DNA from: a virus
IMG/VR virus record: IMGVR_UViG_3300027798_000017
Span: 59,253 to 123,252 of that record
Reading direction: 5' to 3' (one strand)
Length of the DNA stretch: 64,000 nucleotides
The notes below the pieces were generated by a model, which did not search any database, was not told where the DNA came from, and saw nothing but the letters and a program-made list of their open reading frames with translations. Positions 7,184 through 16,494 of this stretch are shown piece after piece. Every line of letters starts with the position of its first letter. Position 1 is the stretch's first letter. Made by a program: the position numbers and the translations under genes.

Positions 7184-7420
7184 ATGAGAACTGACGTAGA
7201 TGTCATTGAATCTGTAATTGGATTTGATTTGAATGTTACAATAACGTATTGTAATGAAGATGGCGTAGAAACTCCAATTAGTAATAAATGTAGATCTGTT
7301 CCTTATTTAGGAGATGAAAAAGCAAATGTTGGAACCTCAACAGCTTATTGTAACTTTTTTACCAATTTTAATCAAGCGTTGCTGAGCAAAATCAAAGATT
7401 ATCAATCAATAAATTATTAA
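7184..7420 (+). CDS. Hypothetical protein
   Basis: ORF in a tightly packed operon. Confidence 0.65.
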   Translation: MRTDVDVIESVIGFDLNVTITYCNEDGVETPISNKCRSVPYLGDEKANVGTSTAYCNFFTNFNQALLSKIKDYQSINY

Positions 7421-7421
7421 A

Positions 7422-7640
7422 ATGGGCAGAATGAAAGAGTTATTCATGCAACTGCGTGAAAAAGAAGAGGAACAAGATCCATATGATGGATTAGATGACG
7501 CTTACTGGCAAGATAGAGCCAGATATCAAGAACTTTATGAGAAAGAGCTTCGTGAAGAAATGAACAGAGATGCTGAGTTGCCAGACAACAAGAAAATTCC
7601 ACCATGTTCAGCGCATGATTTTGAAAATCCTTTACCATAA
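7422..7640 (+). CDS. Hypothetical acidic protein (MGRMKELFM...)
   Basis: ORF; N-terminus typical of small Bacteroidota-phage proteins. Confidence 0.7.
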   Translation: MGRMKELFMQLREKEEEQDPYDGLDDAYWQDRARYQELYEKELREEMNRDAELPDNKKIPPCSAHDFENPLP

Positions 7641-7643
7641 AGT

Positions 7644-7871
7644 ATGATAGTATTATATCTTTTTATCCTATTGGCGTATGTGTTCAACACAACAGTAGTA
7701 TTTAACTATGCAAAGGATTGTGGCAAATTTGAATCTATTGATTTAATACATATTCTTTTTAGTCCACTTACAGTAGTAAACATGTTTTTGATAAAGTTTT
7801 TATCACATTTTATTCCTCTTGACTATGTTATATGGTCTAGAAACAATGACAAAAATAACGCACAGCGTTGA
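7644..7871 (+). CDS. Small membrane protein
   Basis: Two hydrophobic segments. Confidence 0.65.
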   Translation: MIVLYLFILLAYVFNTTVVFNYAKDCGKFESIDLIHILFSPLTVVNMFLIKFLSHFIPLDYVIWSRNNDKNNAQR

Positions 7872-7897
7872 TTATTAACCCTTTAATCTTTTTAAAA

Positions 7898-8425
7898 ATG
7901 GAAAAATATGCATCCATCACAGCCACAGCACAAGGATATGTTACTTACGATCTTAATGGTCAAGCAAAAATGCTTAAGTATGACAAACTTGTACAAAACA
8001 AAAACACTCATTCTAATAGAGTAAAAGTTACTCAGGAAGAGATTGAGAAAATACACCTTAACATGATTCAACGTAGTATGTATCGTAGACTAATGTATGG
8101 TCTTAAAGAATACACACCTGAACAAGTTGCAAGTTTTTCTCCAAGTACACTCAGCAAAATTGTTGCTGATTACAAGAAAGCAAAGCAGTATTTGCATATT
8201 CTAAAATCAAAAAAACTGTTTGGTCCAGAAACAATGCTTATGAATGCACTGTTTCCACATGCCAAAATTGGTGAAAAAGACTTTGATTGGTTTTTAGATT
8301 TGCCTAAAACAGCAACTTTGCGTAACTTAGGAATAACAACACGTACTGTCATTGATGAATTTGTCAGACGCAAGTTGTTGCCAAAGAATTTTTATGAATT
8401 ACAAACACAAATTCAACTACCATGA
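7898..8425 (+). CDS. Conserved crAss-like hypothetical protein
   Basis: LN..QR.MYRRLMYGL..Y and TLR.LGIT......F...KLLPKNFY patterns. Confidence 0.75.
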   Translation: MEKYASITATAQGYVTYDLNGQAKMLKYDKLVQNKNTHSNRVKVTQEEIEKIHLNMIQRSMYRRLMYGLKEYTPEQVASFSPSTLSKIVADYKKAKQYLHILKSKKLFGPETMLMNALFPHAKIGEKDFDWFLDLPKTATLRNLGITTRTVIDEFVRRKLLPKNFYELQTQIQLP

Positions 8426-8730
8426 GTGAGCAATCAAAAGCATTTAAAGGCTTGACAAATGAAGAAATAATCATGATATACTATCGTTTTGATAAGTATT
8501 TAACAGGATTGAAATTAAATCTTGAAAAAAACATGATTAGCAAGAATGTAGAAACTCCTTTTGGTAATGGAATCGTTACGATTTCAGTACCAGAGGAGCA
8601 TGTTGACCAATTTAAGCAATCACAGTATTATGGATTACTTAATTCAATAGTGGCTAAGCTAAAGCCAATTGTAGAACTCATTGAAGAATTTGATGAAACA
8701 ATGAAAGAGTTAGCTCAAGAAGTAAAATAA
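8422..8730 (+). CDS. Hypothetical protein
   Basis: 102-aa ORF with ATGA coupling. Confidence 0.7.
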   Translation: MSEQSKAFKGLTNEEIIMIYYRFDKYLTGLKLNLEKNMISKNVETPFGNGIVTISVPEEHVDQFKQSQYYGLLNSIVAKLKPIVELIEEFDETMKELAQEVK

Positions 8731-8747
8731 CTATTAAAATATTAAAT

Positions 8748-9263
8748 ATGAGCAAAAACTCAATTTTAGCAGATCTTCATAAGTTATTTGAAGTAGATTT
8801 AAAAGGAAAAAGCTATTTTTCTCACATGTTAGTAGCAATGGAAGTTAGCGAAGATGGTACGCCTGTAGGTGCTGTTGTAAAGATGAAATGTTCTCCTATT
8901 CTTGCACTAGGCATAATTGATCTTCTTCATGAAAAGCTTTCTGAAGCACGTGATCAAGTTTTAGAACAACTTGCAAGCTATGAAAAAGAAAACATGCAAA
9001 AACAAGATTGTGATGACGAAGAGGACTTAAATAATCCTGAAATTAAAGAACTAATTCAAAATGCATTGCAATCACTTAGTGATGATGACAAAGAGTTTTT
9101 TGTAGATTCTCAAAGACGTGCTATGGCTGCTTTATTGGCAAATGACGAACAAACATTGAAAGCTATTATAGCTGAGATGCGTGCTTTTGTTGATAGCAAA
9201 AAGAAAAATGGAGGAAATGACTCCAAAGATTTTGACATAAATGACTTCAAGGGAAGTTTCTGA
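8748..9263 (+). CDS. Hypothetical acidic helical protein
   Basis: 171-aa ORF. Confidence 0.75.
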   Translation: MSKNSILADLHKLFEVDLKGKSYFSHMLVAMEVSEDGTPVGAVVKMKCSPILALGIIDLLHEKLSEARDQVLEQLASYEKENMQKQDCDDEEDLNNPEIKELIQNALQSLSDDDKEFFVDSQRRAMAALLANDEQTLKAIIAEMRAFVDSKKKNGGNDSKDFDINDFKGSF

Positions 9264-9349
9264 CAAAAGTATTAACTCAAAAGAGTTTGTTGACAAGTTG
9301 CAGTTAAGTACTGCTATGAATTTTTATTAATCTTTTTAAATAAGGTAAG

Positions 9350-10636
9350 ATGATCCTATTGCAAACAATTATTGAAGGTACAAGTTACCAATTAAAAACA
9401 CTTCCTGGTCAAGCGTTTGAGAAAAAACTGACAAGAAGTATAGAGGACTTGAAAATTACAGGTCCTATTGCTGAATTTGCAAAGTTCCCACTAGGAACTA
9501 TATTTGTTGCAGATGAGTATGATTTTCCAGAAGATGATCATTTACACATTATGAAAGAGCATGTAACAGCATTGTTCTTTGAGAAATCTGTATTCCCTAT
9601 CTCTTTACTAGGAGAAGAAAAGATTCAACAAGTTTGTGATTTTGCTATTGACTATATGTTAGATAGTGGAACACATGATGTTGAACATGTAAAATCTATT
9701 GCTGGACAATTTGCAGCTTATGGCTACAAGTATGACTGGGATGAGAAAACTGCTGTAAAACCTATTGATGAAGGTTCTATTCCAACAGGTACAAACATCA
9801 AACGTACCATTGCTACACATTATCCAGTTCCAAAACGTGAGGATTGTGGTTTCCACATTGATCCAGACATCTGGTTCTTGATGGTGCGTAATGTATTGCG
9901 TGGAGAGAATACTTTGCTTATGGGACCAACAGGTTCAGGTAAGACAGAGATTCTTGTGCATTTGGCAAAAGCTATGAATAAAGAATTATTTACTCAAGAC
10001 ATGGGTACTGTTCAAGATGCTCAGTCAGCTTTGCTAGGTGTTCACCGCATCAACAAAGAAGGTCATTCATCATTTGACTATGCTCCTTTTGTTGGACACA
10101 TTAAGTCTGGTGGTATTGTTCTTTTAGATGAGCTAAATCGTTCACCTCTTGCAGCAAATAATATCTTGTTTCCATGTTTGGATAAAAGACGTTACTTGCC
10201 AATTGACATCGCTTGTGATGAAGGTGAAAGATCTATTCCTGTATCTGATGGAACAGTATTTTTTGCAACTGCTAACATTGGTTCTGAGTATTCTGGTACA
10301 CATGCAATAGATAGAGCGTTATTAGACCGCTTCTTTCCTATTGAGCTTGATTATCCAAAACTTGAGGATGAGATTAAAATCTTAATGTTGCGTACTGGCG
10401 TTGAAGAGAAAGTTGCAACAGCAATCGTTAAAGTATCTAATGAGATACGCAAGCAGTACAAAGAGCAGGAATTATCTTCTGCGATTTCAGTTCGTCACAC
10501 ACTTCAGGCAGCAAGTTTGGTGTCTGATGGGTTTGAAGTAGATAAAGCATTGCTTTCTACTATTATGCCTCTCTTTGAAGATGGTATAGGCGTGTCTGAG
10601 CGTAGTAAGGTACTTTCCATAGTATCTGCGTTCTAA
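9350..10636 (+). CDS. MoxR-family AAA+ ATPase (CbbQ/NorQ/CobS-like) with extra N-terminal domain
   Basis: Walker A GPTGSGKT, Walker B LLDELNR, FFATAN, ALLDRF, C-terminal ISVR. Confidence 0.9.
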   Translation: MILLQTIIEGTSYQLKTLPGQAFEKKLTRSIEDLKITGPIAEFAKFPLGTIFVADEYDFPEDDHLHIMKEHVTALFFEKSVFPISLLGEEKIQQVCDFAIDYMLDSGTHDVEHVKSIAGQFAAYGYKYDWDEKTAVKPIDEGSIPTGTNIKRTIATHYPVPKREDCGFHIDPDIWFLMVRNVLRGENTLLMGPTGSGKTEILVHLAKAMNKELFTQDMGTVQDAQSALLGVHRINKEGHSSFDYAPFVGHIKSGGIVLLDELNRSPLAANNILFPCLDKRRYLPIDIACDEGERSIPVSDGTVFFATANIGSEYSGTHAIDRALLDRFFPIELDYPKLEDEIKILMLRTGVEEKVATAIVKVSNEIRKQYKEQELSSAISVRHTLQAASLVSDGFEVDKALLSTIMPLFEDGIGVSERSKVLSIVSAF

Positions 10637-10674
10637 AGACATGCTGTAGTAGGATCAGCGATGTAGATAATGAG

Positions 10675-10703
10675 AGAGGGACATCAGTGTCCTTCTCTCT
10701 TTT
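10675..10703 (+). terminator. Terminator-like hairpin between the AAA+ and vWA genes
   Basis: AGAGGGACA-TCAG-TGTCCTTCT stem followed by a T-rich tail. Confidence 0.6.
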
Positions 10704-10725
10704 CTATTAATTTAATTTAGAATAT

Positions 10726-12594
10726 ATGAGCAAATTTGCTAAAGACTGGTTTGGTAGGAAAAAAGAAGAAGCCTACACATACCAAGACAACAGAAACAGA
10801 TTCTTCAATTGGGATAGTGGAAGAAGTAATTACTCTTCTTTCTTTACAAGATCTAATGATAGTCTTCAAACATCTGCAAAGATGATTGGATCTATGTTTA
10901 GAGTTATTGGTGTTCCTAGAACATTTGACTATAAGGCAGCTGAGCCTAAAAAAAGCACTGACATTCAGGTTCCAATACACATGCTAAAAGATGAGGATGG
11001 TAAATTTAAAGAACCAAATCCTGATATCTTAGATGCATTTTATGGTGCTGCTATACAAAATGCTGCGCTTGCGTCTATGCAAACAACCAGCGAGTATGGT
11101 AAGTCTATTACTTGTAGAAGTACAGATAGAAAAGGGTTTTCTTTGAAAGATTACATGTTTAGTATCTTGAATACAGAACGTGTGGACAAGAAGTTGGCCA
11201 ATAGATTACCTGGCTACTTAAAGTTTGTTCAGAAATACAAAGATCATTTGTATGACAAAAACTATGTGCCAATGAATCCAGAGGAAAAAGCTCAGAAAAG
11301 ATTACTTGATCTTGTCACAAGAATGTTAAGGTATCCAGCTAATGTTACTGAAGAAGAACTTGATGAATTTGCTAAACCATTAAAGCAAATTGAAAGATTA
11401 CTCAAAAAGCATGGTGGTATTCCTGAAACATCTGAAGACTGTTCTTCTATGGCTTCTAGTCTTGCTAACATAGTATACAAGTATGCTGAGGATGAAGAAG
11501 AACCACCAAAAAGTAGTAAAGATGATAGTGAAGGTGATGATGATGGTGAGGATGAAAAGAAATCTCCTTCAGGTTCTGGTAGTGATCCAGGTAAACCAGA
11601 AATGGATAAGTCTGAAATCAATGAGCTTGCCAAAGAAATGATGAAATCAACATTTGGTGAAGATGACTCTGATGCAAGTGACGAAGAAGAAATGTCAGCA
11701 TTTAATGATTTTGTAGATGATATGACAAGTGAATCGTCAGCACCAAAACCAAAAATCAACTATGATGATGAAGGCATAACTACTGATGGGACTGTTAGTT
11801 TTATTAAATCAAGTTCTAACAAGAGGAATTATCAAGATTGTCTTAAAAGAATTGATACAACTAAAGCTGCTGTACTTCAGAAGTTATTTTCACGTAAAAG
11901 CAAGAATTATCAATTTTCTATGAGATCAATGCGTTCAGGTAGATTGGATACTAATAAAATTGCAGAAGCAGTTCAAAGAGTTCCAACTGTATATGAGCGT
12001 TATGGTCAAGTAAAGACTGATGATATTTGTGTAGGTGTTTTGATTGATGAGTCAGGTTCTATGTGTGGTAGTAAAATACAGAAAGCACGTGAAGCTGCAG
12101 TGTTTATCAATGAAGTCTTTAAAGGTATGCGCGATGTTAAACTTTTTATGTATGGTCATACTGCTGATGAATCAGGTAGTGGAACAACTCAAATTAGAAT
12201 TTATCGTGAGCCAGGATATCATGTAGAACAACATGCATTAGGTTCAGTAGACGCAAGAAGCAATAACCGTGATGGTGATGCAATCCTTGCTACTGCTAAG
12301 CGTATCAGAAAACATACAGAAAATCCAGGTATTATATTTGTTCTTTCTGATGGTCAACCTTCTGCATATGACTACAATGGTTCAGAAGCCATACGTGATA
12401 CTCGTGAAAAAGTCACTAAAGCACAAAATCTTGGTTTTCAAGTGATTCAGATTGCTATTGAGGAGTCTGTTCCTTCCATTCAAATGTTTGATTACTTTAT
12501 CAAAATGACAGATATCAAAAATCTACCAAGAGAAATGGTAGGATACATGTCACGTAAGATAGACAAACTTATCAAGGAACGTGTTACTTTGTAA
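10726..12594 (+). CDS. vWA-domain MoxR partner (CobT/NorD-like)
   Basis: MIDAS DESGSM, SGRLD, NRDGDAI, VLSDGQP; acidic low-complexity linker. Confidence 0.9.
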   Translation: MSKFAKDWFGRKKEEAYTYQDNRNRFFNWDSGRSNYSSFFTRSNDSLQTSAKMIGSMFRVIGVPRTFDYKAAEPKKSTDIQVPIHMLKDEDGKFKEPNPDILDAFYGAAIQNAALASMQTTSEYGKSITCRSTDRKGFSLKDYMFSILNTERVDKKLANRLPGYLKFVQKYKDHLYDKNYVPMNPEEKAQKRLLDLVTRMLRYPANVTEEELDEFAKPLKQIERLLKKHGGIPETSEDCSSMASSLANIVYKYAEDEEEPPKSSKDDSEGDDDGEDEKKSPSGSGSDPGKPEMDKSEINELAKEMMKSTFGEDDSDASDEEEMSAFNDFVDDMTSESSAPKPKINYDDEGITTDGTVSFIKSSSNKRNYQDCLKRIDTTKAAVLQKLFSRKSKNYQFSMRSMRSGRLDTNKIAEAVQRVPTVYERYGQVKTDDICVGVLIDESGSMCGSKIQKAREAAVFINEVFKGMRDVKLFMYGHTADESGSGTTQIRIYREPGYHVEQHALGSVDARSNNRDGDAILATAKRIRKHTENPGIIFVLSDGQPSAYDYNGSEAIRDTREKVTKAQNLGFQVIQIAIEESVPSIQMFDYFIKMTDIKNLPREMVGYMSRKIDKLIKERVTL

Positions 12595-12669
12595 TTGAAA
12601 TATTATGTAACTCTTGGTTTAATCATTGAGAGTTACATTTTATTTATTAAATTTATTAAATTTAAAGTT

Positions 12670-12786
12670 ATGAAATTTACCAATAAAAGAAAAAGAATAA
12701 AAGCAACTGACAAACTTGCTAAAAGAAAAACAAGACTTAAAAATAAAACAACCATAAAAAGAACTAACAATGAAGAAGGGGACTAG
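12670..12786 (+). CDS. 38-aa highly basic peptide
   Basis: MKFTNKRKRIKATDKLAKRKTRLKNK... Confidence 0.5.
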   Translation: MKFTNKRKRIKATDKLAKRKTRLKNKTTIKRTNNEEGD

Positions 12787-12991
12787 AACTTGGATGTTAT
12801 CATATATGGTAATTATGCATTTATTGGCAATAATTGGTAGTACAGGTATAGTCATGTATATGTCATTATGTTATCCTGGATTATGGAATTGGTTAATACT
12901 GGTTTTTGTTTCATTCTTTAATTATTTTGTATTTGATAGCATGTTTACATATATCAGAAGAATACAGAGAAGAAGAAAAACAAAGTTGTGA
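12770..12991 (+). CDS. Two-TM membrane protein
   Basis: Two hydrophobic helices and a basic tail. Confidence 0.65.
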   Translation: MKKGTRTWMLSYMVIMHLLAIIGSTGIVMYMSLCYPGLWNWLILVFVSFFNYFVFDSMFTYIRRIQRRRKTKL

Positions 12992-13182
12992 AACACTTCT
13001 TTAAATATTTAATTGTATGGATAAGCCAAAACTTATCTGTACCATTCTGGATGGTAGGTCACGTACATTTGATGTCCACTATATATGAGGACATTCATGA
13101 AATAATAGCATCCTGTGGTATGAATATACTAGTTGCTATTGGATTTATTATTGATTATTTAGAACAAAAAAAGAAGTTATGA
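12988..13182 (+). CDS. Small membrane protein
   Basis: WISQNLS.PFWMVGHVHL pattern; GTGA coupling. Confidence 0.7.
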   Translation: MKHFFKYLIVWISQNLSVPFWMVGHVHLMSTIYEDIHEIIASCGMNILVAIGFIIDYLEQKKKL

Positions 13183-13505
13183 AAACACAATTAGAAGAAG
13201 CTGCTGAAAAATATCTACAAGAATGGAGACTGGTAAATAATATACATTTATCTAATGTAATTCATGCAGAAAGATGTAAAAATGATTTTATAGCAGGTGC
13301 TAAATGGCAGGCTGAAAGAATGTATAGTGAGGAAGATATGATAAATTTTGCTAAGTATATACTATCTAAAGAAGTTACAATAGCAAAAAGTCTATCAGAT
13401 GTAAGTAGTTATTTACCTAAAGAATTTCAACTTTTATCAGGTGAATTAGAACACAATGGTAAAAAACTGCTCAAAGAATGGTTTGAACAATTTAAAAAGA
13501 AGTAA
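13179..13505 (+). CDS. Modular hypothetical protein (LEEAAE...AGAKWQAERMYSEED...WFEQFKKK)
   Basis: Recurrent small-protein family of Bacteroidota phages. Confidence 0.75.
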   Translation: MKTQLEEAAEKYLQEWRLVNNIHLSNVIHAERCKNDFIAGAKWQAERMYSEEDMINFAKYILSKEVTIAKSLSDVSSYLPKEFQLLSGELEHNGKKLLKEWFEQFKKK

Positions 13506-13508
13506 GAT

Positions 13509-13757
13509 ATGAAAACAGCAGTAGAGTTTATGGCAAGTGAATTACTTTATTTGGATAATGAGTATGATATGAAACTTATTAATAAAAATGAATATCAAGC
13601 AAAAAGAAAAGAAATAATTGAACAAGCCAAAGAAATGGAGAAAGAGCAGATAATGACAGCATTTACTCAAGGAGATATATTTGGAGCAGATTTCTTTGAC
13701 AGAGTAAATATAACAGCAGAAGAATACTACAACGAAACCTTTAAATCAGAAGAATGA
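13509..13757 (+). CDS. Modular hypothetical protein (KTAVE...QAKEMEKEQI...YYNETFKSE)
   Basis: Recurrent small-protein family of Bacteroidota phages. Confidence 0.75.
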   Translation: MKTAVEFMASELLYLDNEYDMKLINKNEYQAKRKEIIEQAKEMEKEQIMTAFTQGDIFGADFFDRVNITAEEYYNETFKSEE

Positions 13758-14146
13758 TAAAGAACTTTAGTGATCCTTATATACTCTTATTGAGTTACAA
13801 TCCCTGTGATGTATTTAATTATTTTAATGTAACTGAAATGCATGGATTATCTTTAAAAGAATGTCAAGCTCATGCAAATACAAAAGATAGTGCATACATA
13901 GCAGGATGGAGCAATTTTGTACCAAAAGAATATGGTGACTATGATCAAAATGACAAAAGATTTGTATTCATTAATCTTGCTAGATGTAATGATGATATTG
14001 AAGCTATGGGTTTAATCATGCATGAGCTTATGCATCAGTCATTCTTTATACATGATTACAATATGGACAGAGAAGAAGAAATTATCACATGGGCAGAAGA
14101 AGAATCTTATGAAGTATTCAAGTTAGTTAAAAAAGAAAATAAATAA
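13754..14146 (+). CDS. Small zincin-like metalloprotein
   Basis: HELMH (HExxH) followed by EEE. Confidence 0.7.
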   Translation: MIKNFSDPYILLLSYNPCDVFNYFNVTEMHGLSLKECQAHANTKDSAYIAGWSNFVPKEYGDYDQNDKRFVFINLARCNDDIEAMGLIMHELMHQSFFIHDYNMDREEEIITWAEEESYEVFKLVKKENK

Positions 14147-14149
14147 AAT

Positions 14150-14233
14150 ATGAAAAGATTATTTAAGTATCTAGCATGGCTAGAAAGAGAGAAAATTAAT
14201 GCTATGATGCATTGTGGAAAAGGATTTAACTAA
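14150..14233 (+). CDS. 27-aa peptide MKRLFKYLAWLEREKINAMMHCGKGFN
   Basis: ATG right after the previous stop with an A-rich leader. Confidence 0.5.
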   Translation: MKRLFKYLAWLEREKINAMMHCGKGFN

Positions 14234-14254
14234 TTAAAGATTATCAGCTAGCCA

Positions 14255-14600
14255 AACCAGAGTCATTCAACGTCAATCATGATACACTTTTTTATACTTG
14301 TATAGAATTGTGTTATTGAAGTACAAGCAATCAAGTGGTTAAAAGCATATCTGTTGACTACCAGGAATAGGTTGGACTCCAAAACATTGAGGAGTATAAA
14401 TAAAATATCAGCAGTAATGTTGGACGTGTTGTTCCCTTGAGAAAGGAAGAAGTTTGATGGAGTGCTAACTTGCACTACAACGCGAATGAGTTCTCAGCTT
14501 GACCCTACATATGAGGGTGCTAAAACTAGAGTAACTAAAAACCGTGCTACAGGTTGCCTGCAGGGAATAGATCTGAGGACACTGGGAAAGACTAGAATTA
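14255..14600 (+). ncRNA. Candidate structured RNA region including a pseudoknot
   Basis: GAGTC/GACTC closes domain 1 (14260-14379); CGTGTTGT/ACAACGCG closes domain 2; loop TGAGAA (14438-14443) is complementary to TTCTCA (14491-14496); further hairpins to 14595. Confidence 0.5.
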
Positions 14601-14628
14601 ACTTTTTTATTAACCAAAAACAAATGCT

Positions 14629-15090
14629 ATGGCAGAAACTGTAACAGAAGTTCTCATAGGACATGTTGCTGTGGATTCAGGTCAGTTAATGATCTGTGAT
14701 CCATGCTACATTGATTCTGAATGGGAGAATGAAGATTTTGAAGACATTAGAGTCTACAAAAATGAACACACTGGTAGAACCTTAACTTATGGAAAGGATT
14801 TTGCAAACTATGAAGAGGTGTTACCAGAATATGGTAAAACCATGAATGTTCTAATATCAGAGCATGATTGGCAAATTGCAGAGCGACCTAATCCAAAAAG
14901 TGGATTTAGCTACAATGCATGTGCACAAGCAACTTTGTCAGAAGATGGACATGGTGAGCTTTCATTTAAAATGGGTCACACGGGTGCTGGTTTAGCATTT
15001 AGTACTGCATTTGGAGATGGAATGTATCCTGTGTATGCTCATTATGATGAGGAGGGAACTATTATTTCAGTAACTGTACATCTTCAGTAA
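14629..15090 (+). CDS. DUF4241-like protein
   Basis: VDSGQLMICDPCY and GDGMYPVYA motifs. Confidence 0.7.
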   Translation: MAETVTEVLIGHVAVDSGQLMICDPCYIDSEWENEDFEDIRVYKNEHTGRTLTYGKDFANYEEVLPEYGKTMNVLISEHDWQIAERPNPKSGFSYNACAQATLSEDGHGELSFKMGHTGAGLAFSTAFGDGMYPVYAHYDEEGTIISVTVHLQ

Positions 15091-15091
15091 G

Positions 15092-15274
15092 ATGAGTACG
15101 TTTGAGTTTACTGATGAACTCTTTGAAGAGTTTAAATCTCTTTATGAGAAGAGTGTCAAGGATGAAAAAGAATCCTTTGAGTTTCAAGGGCATGAGGTGC
15201 TTACATCTTACGCCAAGTATGTTATTCAATATTTAGAACAAAATGACACAAGCAAAACAAATAGCAAAAGCTAA
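15092..15274 (+). CDS. Hypothetical protein
   Basis: F.FQGHEVLT.YAKYVI.YL pattern. Confidence 0.7.
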   Translation: MSTFEFTDELFEEFKSLYEKSVKDEKESFEFQGHEVLTSYAKYVIQYLEQNDTSKTNSKS

Positions 15275-15479
15275 AGAAATCCTTCGCAGAGAAGGATATT
15301 TTGTTGACAATTTATGGCATATTGATGACATACAATATCGTTACAACTGTGACGATGATGCACAATCACATGAAATACTAAACACTGCATTGACAAATGA
15401 AGCAACCATGAACCAAATTTGGTTTTCAATAGACATGATTGCTCAAAATGATGGTTTAACCTTAATAACAGAAGACTAA
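15243..15479 (+). CDS. Hypothetical protein
   Basis: GYFVDNLWHIDD pattern. Confidence 0.7.
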   Translation: MTQAKQIAKAKEILRREGYFVDNLWHIDDIQYRYNCDDDAQSHEILNTALTNEATMNQIWFSIDMIAQNDGLTLITED

Positions 15480-15631
15480 TGGAAGACATAACTGATGATA
15501 TTTTAAGAGAAATGGCTGAAAAGTATATGATAGAAGAAAGCTATGGTAAACCTCAACCTGATTTATATGTAGGTTTTTTAGCTGGTTTTAAAACAGCAAT
15601 TAATTTAATAAAAACTAAAATAGAAGACTAA
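15479..15631 (+). CDS. 50-aa hypothetical protein (not in ORF track), flanked by 15-bp direct repeats
   Basis: TAATG coupling on both sides; AGAAGACTAATGGAA at 15470-15484 and 15622-15636. Confidence 0.65.
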   Translation: MEDITDDILREMAEKYMIEESYGKPQPDLYVGFLAGFKTAINLIKTKIED

Positions 15632-15726
15632 TGGAAAAACAACTATTTATAATTGATGGTTACAGAATATGGGCAAAGACCTATGAAGATGCTTATGCAA
15701 ATTATCTAGTAATATCAAGATTATGA
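15631..15726 (+). CDS. 31-aa protein MEKQLFIIDGYRIWAKTYEDAYANYLVISRL
   Basis: Coupled start and stop; similar to 911-1000. Confidence 0.6.
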   Translation: MEKQLFIIDGYRIWAKTYEDAYANYLVISRL

Positions 15727-15908
15727 CAGAAAAAGAAAAAGCTAATGAAATGTATGCTTATGCTATTAAACTACATGGTGATGAGAAAGCTAAAGAAGAA
15801 TCATTAAAATCTGCCATAGCAACTCATTCATTAGCACCATATCAAGATGGTAGAATGAAAGCTAGAAGTTATTGGGAAAGAGTAATTGAACATTTAAAGA
15901 AAAAATAA
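15723..15908 (+). CDS. Hypothetical protein
   Basis: ORF with ATGA coupling. Confidence 0.65.
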   Translation: MTEKEKANEMYAYAIKLHGDEKAKEESLKSAIATHSLAPYQDGRMKARSYWERVIEHLKKK

Positions 15909-15913
15909 TTATT

Positions 15914-16138
15914 ATGGCAACATTTAATGTAGATGTAGAATTTGACAAAATGATGGAAGCTATTGGTCTTGGTGAAATGCCTAAAAATGATTTACAATAC
16001 ACTGAAATGCGTAAAGGATTTATTGGTGGATGCATGTCAATGTTTCAAACTGTTGTAAATTTGCAAACACTTGATGATGAGACAGCAATGAGAGAGCTTA
16101 CTGCAATTTCAGAACATTTAATGAACGTAAAAATTTAA
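15914..16138 (+). CDS. Hypothetical protein
   Basis: Q..EMRK.F.GG pattern. Confidence 0.7.
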   Translation: MATFNVDVEFDKMMEAIGLGEMPKNDLQYTEMRKGFIGGCMSMFQTVVNLQTLDDETAMRELTAISEHLMNVKI

Positions 16139-16142
16139 GATT

Positions 16143-16457
16143 ATGGCAACCACTGAAAAAAGAATGCCCAGAGCAAAACGTATTGATAACGTTGCAATGA
16201 ACTGTTACAGAGAGCTATTTGCTAACAGTACTCCTATAGGAGATTTTGACAAAATGATGGCTGAAGCTGACAAGAATGAACTTGGACAGCTTGCAATACC
16301 ATTTATGGATTATGAACTTGAAGAAGAAAAGTTTGAAGAGATTATTCAAAAACACATGAATGACAAATCTATTAAGCTATCAGCCCATGAAAAACGTGGG
16401 TTTAGTGTATCAATTCGTTTAGGATGTTCTCCTAAGTTTAAATCAAAAAGTTTGTAG
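16143..16457 (+). CDS. Hypothetical protein
   Basis: CYRELF.NSTP..DFD...LGCSP pattern. Confidence 0.7.
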   Translation: MATTEKRMPRAKRIDNVAMNCYRELFANSTPIGDFDKMMAEADKNELGQLAIPFMDYELEEEKFEEIIQKHMNDKSIKLSAHEKRGFSVSIRLGCSPKFKSKSL

Positions 16458-16494
16458 TAACTTTGGTAAATGTAAACATCATAAATTTATTGTT

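Noticed and set aside
11292-11759. 155-aa Ser-rich minus-strand ORF
   Set aside because: Antisense shadow of the acidic linker of the vWA gene
14572-14600. CTGAGGA...GGGAAAGACTAG as a hammerhead or cobalamin riboswitch fragment
   Set aside because: Lacks GAAA in the hammerhead position and the other cobalamin-riboswitch elements; kept only as part of an unclassified structured region
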